From Pseudomonas aeruginosa (GTDB lineage Bacteria; Pseudomonadota; Gammaproteobacteria; Pseudomonadales; Pseudomonadaceae): a DNA stretch of 32,000 nt. The notes under the pieces were generated by a model. The model ran no database searches and had not been told where the DNA came from. It was given only the letters and a program-made list of their open reading frames with translations. Location: assembly GCF_001457615.1 (NCBI RefSeq), contig NZ_LN831024.1:4140001-4172000 (forward strand), read 5' to 3'. The translations under genes and the position numbers were made by a program. Positions within the stretch are counted from its first letter, which is position 1. The number at the start of each line of letters is the position of its first letter. Shown here one piece after another: positions 26,854-32,000 of this stretch.

Positions 26854-28626
26854 TCAGCGCACCCGCTCGCGGCTCTTCACCGCCAGGTCCAGGGCTTTCT
26901 GCATGTCCAGCCGCGCCGAGCGGCCGACGTCGCGGTGGTCCAGGCGGTAGCCGCGCTCCGAGGGCAGGATCGGTGCGGTGAGGTCCTCGGCATCGGCCGG
27001 CTCGAAATCGTAGTCGCCGCCGATGGTCATGGCGCTGCGCCGGAGCAGCATGCGGATCTCCTCGGGTCGCAGCCGCGGGTTGAGGGAAAGCATGGCGGCG
27101 ACCGTGCCGGCGACCATCGGCGTGGCATAGGAGGTGCCGCAGTGCACCTCGCCCCGCGCGTCCCGCTCCAGGGTCGAGGCATGGGTACAGGCGGCGGCGG
27201 TGACATCCACCCGCATGTCGACGTTCGAGGTGCTGCGCTTGACCGCGTAGGCCGGGTCGTCCACCGCCAGGCCTTGGCGCTCGCTGCGCTGGTGGCCGCC
27301 CACCACCAGCAACTGCTCGGTGACGAAGGAGGACGGCAGGCGGTATTCGTCGGTACCGGAGTAGGACGAGCCGTTGCCGGCGGAGTTGACCACCAGCACG
27401 TCCGGATGCTCCTTGCGCAGCCAGAGGAAGAATTCCTCGAGCAACTCCTCGTAGCCGCTCATGGCGATCCCCGAGCGCACCAGCGAATCCACCTCGTCGC
27501 CGTCGACGTCGCGAGCGCCGACGCGGTGGATGCCCCAGCTCCAGTTGAGCACCCGCACGCCATCCTCCACCAGGTTCACCGAGGCGGCGACGTTGGCCGT
27601 GATGCCAGCGTCCGAATTGCGCTCGACGATCACTTCGAAACCCTGGCTGGCGCGGTCCAGCCCACGCAGGAAGCCACTGTTGCCGCCCTGGTCCCAGCGC
27701 GCGGCGAGGATGCCGGCGACCGTCGAACCGTGGTTGTCGGGACGTTCGGCATCGCGCGCGTAGAGGCAGGTACGCGGCGCGGGCGCCTTGCAGGGGCCGA
27801 GGTAGTCGGCGAAGTCGGGGGCGTCGAAGTCGACGTCGCGCTCGATCACCCCGATGCGCACCGGGCGGGTCTCCAGCGGGGCCTGGCGGGCGCGGACCCG
27901 ACGCTGGTAATAGTTCACCGCGTCCATGAAACGATTGGCCGCCCACTCGTCGGAGTCGCTGTCCGGCTTGTCCACGGGCCGGCGCGCCGCCTCGGTTTCC
28001 TCGCCCTTCTCCGGCGCGGACTCCTCCACCACCACGGCGTCCACGCTGGTCTCGCTGCCGATGCGGAGGACCAGCGCGTCGCGCTGGACGAGGTCGCGCG
28101 CCGGCAGGCGCAACTGGTAGAGGTTCAACGGCGGGATCGCGCCGACCACCCGCGCGCCATATTTATCGGCCAGGCGTTCGGCCTCCCGGCGACCGTCGTG
28201 GTTCTCCTCGATCAACAGGCTGACCAGGTCGACGTAGGTGGTCAGGCCATCCATGTTCTTCGCCACCTCGTCGGGACCGGCGGCGAGCACATGACTGCCG
28301 TTCAGGGTCAGCCATACCGGATTGCTGCTGCGCCCGCCCTGCTCCAGCCAAAGCGGACCGCTGGCGTGGCCACGGCGGTCCAGGCGGAGTCGCAGGCCGT
28401 CGCCCTCGCGCCGCAGGGCGGTGGCCGGCAGTTCGCGGCCGTCCAGCAACAGGCGCGGCAGGCCGGAGCCCAGGCCGCGCACGCGCAGGCACCACTCCTG
28501 CCGCTCGCTGGCCAGGAGATCGCCGCAGCGCTCCAGGCGCTCCAGGCGCAGGGGTGTTTCGGCGGCTACCAAAGGACTGCCCAGGGACGCGAAAAGGATG
28601 GCGAAAACGGCACGGCGCAGCGGCAT
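26854..28626 (-). CDS. sprP: Subtilisin-like serine protease SprP
   Basis: 590 aa; signal peptide MPLRRAVFAILFASLGSPLVAAE; S8 triad motifs VRIGVIERDVDF, DNHGSTVAGILAA, GTSYATPMVAGTVAAML; long N-terminal extension. Confidence 0.88.
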   Translation of the reverse strand: MPLRRAVFAILFASLGSPLVAAETPLRLERLERCGDLLASERQEWCLRVRGLGSGLPRLLLDGRELPATALRREGDGLRLRLDRRGHASGPLWLEQGGRSSNPVWLTLNGSHVLAAGPDEVAKNMDGLTTYVDLVSLLIEENHDGRREAERLADKYGARVVGAIPPLNLYQLRLPARDLVQRDALVLRIGSETSVDAVVVEESAPEKGEETEAARRPVDKPDSDSDEWAANRFMDAVNYYQRRVRARQAPLETRPVRIGVIERDVDFDAPDFADYLGPCKAPAPRTCLYARDAERPDNHGSTVAGILAARWDQGGNSGFLRGLDRASQGFEVIVERNSDAGITANVAASVNLVEDGVRVLNWSWGIHRVGARDVDGDEVDSLVRSGIAMSGYEELLEEFFLWLRKEHPDVLVVNSAGNGSSYSGTDEYRLPSSFVTEQLLVVGGHQRSERQGLAVDDPAYAVKRSTSNVDMRVDVTAAACTHASTLERDARGEVHCGTSYATPMVAGTVAAMLSLNPRLRPEEIRMLLRRSAMTIGGDYDFEPADAEDLTAPILPSERGYRLDHRDVGRSARLDMQKALDLAVKSRERVR

Positions 28627-28705
28627 GGACTCGGCTTCCGGAACGGGGACCTGTTGTTCCGACCGCCTGGCGAAACGCTTCGTTCAGGTTGAAGGCGGGC
28701 GCAGG

Positions 28706-29326
28706 CTAGCCCGCCAGTTGCTCCAGCGCTCGCCGGGTGACGCCATCGATATAGCCCGGCTCGCCATAGATGCGCGCCAGCAGGATGGCGCCTTCGAAAT
28801 CGGCCACCAGTTGCCGGCCGCGCTCCAGCGCCTGCGCCTCGTCGAAGGCCGGGCGGTAGAGCTGGGCGAAGGCTTGCGCCCAGTCGTCGAGGAAACTGCG
28901 GATCGGCGCCATCAGCTCGCTGCGACCATAGCTGGCGTCGACCGCGACCACGCCCATCAGGCAGCCGATGCTGTCGTCCTGGAACAACCGGGCGGCCTTG
29001 CGGCCGAGTTTTTCCAGGCGCTCGCGGGGCGTCAGCAGCGGGTCGTAGGCGATGCTGAAGAGCGTCTCGGCGAGCCGCTGGTGGGTCCATTCGAGAACGT
29101 CGCGGAGCAAGGCTTCCTTGTTCGGGTAGTGGTGGTAGAACGAGGCCTTGGTCAAGCCGCAGGCGCTGGACAGCATTTCCATGGTGGTGCCGTGGTAGCC
29201 GTAGCGACGGAAGGTGCCGGCGCAGCGCTGGAGAAGCTCGTCGCGGGAGATTTTCAACGGACGCACGGAAGGTTCCTGCTCTCGATCAAAGGCGTTGATT
29301 CTATGCCATAAGCCTTGGCGCCTCAA
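28706..29326 (-). CDS. TetR-family transcriptional regulator
   Basis: N-terminal HTH KISRDELLQRCAGTFRRYGYHGTTMEMLSSACGLTKASFYHHYPNKEALLRDVL. Confidence 0.9.
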   Translation of the reverse strand: MRRQGLWHRINAFDREQEPSVRPLKISRDELLQRCAGTFRRYGYHGTTMEMLSSACGLTKASFYHHYPNKEALLRDVLEWTHQRLAETLFSIAYDPLLTPRERLEKLGRKAARLFQDDSIGCLMGVVAVDASYGRSELMAPIRSFLDDWAQAFAQLYRPAFDEAQALERGRQLVADFEGAILLARIYGEPGYIDGVTRRALEQLAG

Positions 29327-29336
29327 TTTGACGGTT

Positions 29337-29376
29337 ACCGAATGTTTGTTTAGTTTTTACAAACCGAATGTTCGGT
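29337..29376. promoter_or_regulatory. Candidate TetR operator: palindrome ACCGAATGTTCGGT with partial upstream direct copy
   Basis: ACCGAATGTTTG at 29337-29348 and ACCGAATGTTCGGT at 29363-29376 (26-bp spacing) in the divergent tetR / enoyl-CoA hydratase intergenic region. Confidence 0.65.
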
Positions 29377-29430
29377 AGGTAACTAGAAGAAGTTTCCGCT
29401 CCACCAACCCAAGCACAGGAGAGAGGCATC

Positions 29431-30228
29431 ATGAGCGAAGCCAACAGCGGCCCGGGCCGCGTCACCCGAGAGCAGCGCGGTCATCTGTTTCTCATCGGCC
29501 TGGACCGCGCGGGCAAGCGCAACGCCTTCGACAGCGCAATGCTGGCGGACCTGGCGCTGGCCATGGGTGAATACGAGCGCAGCGAGGAATCCCGCTGTGC
29601 CGTGCTCTTCGCCCATGGCGAGCACTTCACCGCCGGGCTCGACCTGATGGAACTGGCACCGAAGCTCGCCGCCAGCGGTTTCCGCTATCCGGACGGCGGC
29701 GTCGATCCCTGGGGCGTGGTCCAGCCGCGTCGGAGCAAGCCGCTGGTGGTCGCGGTGCAAGGCACCTGCTGGACCGCCGGGATAGAGCTAATGCTCAATG
29801 CCGACATCGCGGTGGCCGCGCGCGGCACGCGCTTCGCCCATCTGGAGGTGCTACGCGGCATCCCGCCGCTGGGCGGATCCACCGTGCGCTTCCCGCGCGC
29901 GGCGGGCTGGACCGACGCCATGCGCTACATCCTCACCGGCGATGAGTTCGATGCCGACGAAGCCCTGCGCATGCGCCTGCTCACCGAGGTGGTGGAACCC
30001 GGCGAGGAACTGGCACGGGCCCTCGAATACGCCGAGCGGATCGCCCGGGCCGCGCCGCTGGCGGTGCGCGCCGCGCTGCAATCGGCGTTCCAGGGGCGCG
30101 ACGAGGGGGACGATGCGGCGCTGTCGCGGGTCAACGAGTCGCTGGCCGCGTTGATCGGCAGCGAGGACGTCCGCGAGGGCGTGCTGGCGATGGTGCAAAA
30201 GCGCGCGCCGGCGTTCAAAGGCCGCTAG
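29431..30228 (+). CDS. Enoyl-CoA hydratase/isomerase (crotonase) family protein
   Basis: 265 aa; KRNAFDSAMLADLALAM, AHGEHFTAGLDLMEL, GTCWTAGIELMLNADIAVAARGTRFAHLEVLRGIPPLGG. Confidence 0.93.
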   Translation: MSEANSGPGRVTREQRGHLFLIGLDRAGKRNAFDSAMLADLALAMGEYERSEESRCAVLFAHGEHFTAGLDLMELAPKLAASGFRYPDGGVDPWGVVQPRRSKPLVVAVQGTCWTAGIELMLNADIAVAARGTRFAHLEVLRGIPPLGGSTVRFPRAAGWTDAMRYILTGDEFDADEALRMRLLTEVVEPGEELARALEYAERIARAAPLAVRAALQSAFQGRDEGDDAALSRVNESLAALIGSEDVREGVLAMVQKRAPAFKGR

Positions 30229-30284
30229 CTCCCCTGCGGGTCGACCCCCGGTCGCTCCGCTCCATCTCTCCTGCGGAAACCGAC

Positions 30285-31169
30285 ATGACTTCGTTGACTC
30301 AACATTCCGCAGCGCCGGTGCGGATGGAACGCCTGGCCCTGCCCGCGACCGACGGCTATCCGCTGTCCGCCTACCGCTACCACGCGCCGGGCCACGCCCA
30401 TGGCAACCTGCTGGTGGCCGGCGCGACGGGCGTCGCCCAGCGCTTCTACCGGCGTTTCGCCGAACACGCCGCGCGCCAGGGCTTCGACGTACTCACCCTG
30501 GACTATCGCGGCATCGGCGAATCCGCGCCGGCAAGCCTGAAGGGCTTCGCCATGTCCTACCTGGACTGGGCCTACCGGGACCTCGCCGCCGCCGTCGAGC
30601 TGCTCGGCCGGGAGGAGCGGCCGCTGTACTGGATCGGCCACTCCTTCGGCGGCCACGCCATCGGCCTGCTGCCCGACCATGGGCGGCTCGCCGCCTGCTA
30701 CAGCTTCGGCAGCGGCGCCGGCTGGAGCGGCTGGATGTCGCGCCGCGAAGCGCTCAAGGTGCGCCTGCTGTGGACCCTGGTGCTGCCGCCGCTGGTGGCC
30801 TGGAAAGGCTACATGGCCTGGAGCCTGCTGGGCATGGGCGACGACCTGCCGCTGGGGGTCTACCGCGACTGGAAGCGCTGGTGCCGCCATCCCCGCTACT
30901 ATTTCGACGACCCGGCGATGCGCCACCTCCACCAGCGCTACGCCGCAGTGCGCACGCCCTGTCTGTTCGCCACCGCCCTGGACGATCCCTGGGCACCGCC
31001 GCGCTCGCGGGACGCCTTCGTCGAGGCCTACCGCAACGCACCGCTGGAAACCCTCGACCTGCGACCCGACGGTGGACCGCTCGGACACATGGGCTACTTC
31101 CGCGCCGGTGCAGAGGCGCTGTGGGACGACGCTCTGCGCTGGCTGAGACGGCATCCGGAGAACGCCTGA
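30285..31169 (+). CDS. Alpha/beta hydrolase family protein
   Basis: 294 aa; YRGIGESAPASLKGF, nucleophile elbow GHSFGGHA, C-terminal GPLGHMGYF. Confidence 0.9.
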   Translation: MTSLTQHSAAPVRMERLALPATDGYPLSAYRYHAPGHAHGNLLVAGATGVAQRFYRRFAEHAARQGFDVLTLDYRGIGESAPASLKGFAMSYLDWAYRDLAAAVELLGREERPLYWIGHSFGGHAIGLLPDHGRLAACYSFGSGAGWSGWMSRREALKVRLLWTLVLPPLVAWKGYMAWSLLGMGDDLPLGVYRDWKRWCRHPRYYFDDPAMRHLHQRYAAVRTPCLFATALDDPWAPPRSRDAFVEAYRNAPLETLDLRPDGGPLGHMGYFRAGAEALWDDALRWLRRHPENA

Positions 31170-31189
31170 AAGACCAGCGAGAGCGCGCC

Positions 31190-31443
31190 ATGCACCCGTT
31201 GCCGTTGTCCCTTCGCCTGTTCGCCGTCGCATTCTGGCTGGGCGTGGTCGCCGTGGAGTTCCTTCTCGAACGCAGCCGCGCCGAAAGCCGCGACCGGGGT
31301 TTCGCCGGGAGACCGCCACCAAGGGCGACAGCTTTGCCGGGGTGAACCGCTACTCCCGGCAGATCGCCCGCATCTCCCTGCTGGCCATCCCGGCCGGGCT
31401 GCTGGCCCTGGGCTGCGGCCCGTACCTGATGCGACAACGCTGA
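31190..31443 (+). pseudogene. Short membrane protein ORF apparently interrupted by a -1 frameshift in a G tract
   Basis: Frame A MHPLPLSLRLFAVAFWLGVVAVEFLLERSRAESRDRG..., stop at about 31345; adding one G to GGGG at 31296-31299 gives continuous MHPLPLSLRLFAVAFWLGVVAVEFLLERSRAESRDRGFRRETATKGDSFAGVNRYSRQIARISLLAIPAGLLALGCGPYLMRQR* with two hydrophobic segments. Confidence 0.5.
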
Positions 31444-31551
31444 AAAATCCGCCGACTGTCCATTTCGCGACGATGACTGGCGCTTTTGCCGGCGCAGGCC
31501 GCCCGCGCCTGCCTTACCGTTCCCCGCTCTTTCAGACACGGGAGCAGGGCA

Positions 31552-32000
31552 ATGCCGCTTGCCAGTCATCTGCGTTGCGTGGCGCTGGCGCTGGGGATCT
31601 CCACCGCGCTGGGCTGCGCGAACCGCAACCAACCCGCGCCACGCGCGGAAAGCCTCGACCCTGGCCTGTCGAGGGTGGCGGGAACCCGCGGCGACGCGCT
31701 GCCCGCCCAGTGGTGGACGCTCTACCAGGACCCTGGGCTGAACCACCTGGTGGCCGCCGCGCTGCGCCACAACCGCGACCTGGCCGCAGCCGATGCCCAT
31801 GCCCGCGCGCTCCTCGGCCATCTGCGCGGCGCACAGGGCGAACGCTGGCCACGGACCGAGGTCGGCTATGGCTACCAGTATGGGCGCGACGGCGACGACC
31901 AGACCCTCGCCGAAGCCACCGACGAGGAGCTGCGCAGCCAGTGGAAACACACCGCCCGCCTCGACCTGTCCTACCAGTTGGACCTGTGGGGCGAAGTCCG
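31552..32000 (+). CDS. RND efflux system outer-membrane factor lipoprotein (NodT/OprM family), 3' end beyond window
   Basis: MPLASHLRCVALALGISTALGCANRNQPAPRAESLDPG...ALPAQWWTLYQDPGLNHLVAAALRHNRDLAAADAHARALLGHL...; lipobox-like LGCA; open at window end. Confidence 0.88.
   Translation, partial: MPLASHLRCVALALGISTALGCANRNQPAPRAESLDPGLSRVAGTRGDALPAQWWTLYQDPGLNHLVAAALRHNRDLAAADAHARALLGHLRGAQGERWPRTEVGYGYQYGRDGDDQTLAEATDEELRSQWKHTARLDLSYQLDLWGEV

Noticed and set aside
26720-27946. 408-aa minus-strand ORF over sprP and kinase end
   Set aside because: Out-of-frame reading of sprP with low-complexity R/G/A composition.
1-32000. CRISPR arrays, insertion sequences, prophage genes, tRNA/rRNA genes
   Set aside because: No regularly spaced repeats, transposase/integrase-like ORFs or tRNA cloverleaf sequences were recognised anywhere in the window.

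Overview
This window looks like ordinary Pseudomonas aeruginosa core chromosome, recognised from several well-known encoded proteins. In the orientation given it carries four blocks. (1) A 3-/4-hydroxyproline catabolism and uptake cluster: DHA2-type MFS exporter, PAS+AraC regulator (LhpR-like), amino-acid ABC transporter, fused aconitase-X-type dehydratase, proline-racemase superfamily enzyme, DapA-like deaminase/dehydratase, semialdehyde dehydrogenase, and a convergent malate/LDH-family reductase. (2) A methyl-accepting chemotaxis transducer. (3) The complete alkaline protease type I secretion locus on the minus strand, aprX-aprD-aprE-aprF-aprA-aprI. (4) A block with a small uncharacterised ORF, a hybrid sensor kinase, the subtilase SprP, a TetR regulator divergent from an enoyl-CoA hydratase/alpha-beta hydrolase pair, and the start of an RND-type outer-membrane factor. 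I found no CRISPR array, transposon, rRNA or tRNA, and no convincing new multi-gene defence or mobile system. The best second-look items are: a shared TCGTATACGA palindrome upstream of the two hydroxyproline transcription units; a near-canonical las/rhl box inside the roughly 1 kb gap upstream of aprX; a candidate TetR operator with a partial direct repeat; a short membrane-protein ORF apparently broken by one missing G in a G-tract; the Ser/Cys active site of the proline-racemase-like enzyme; and several palindromic intergenic elements.
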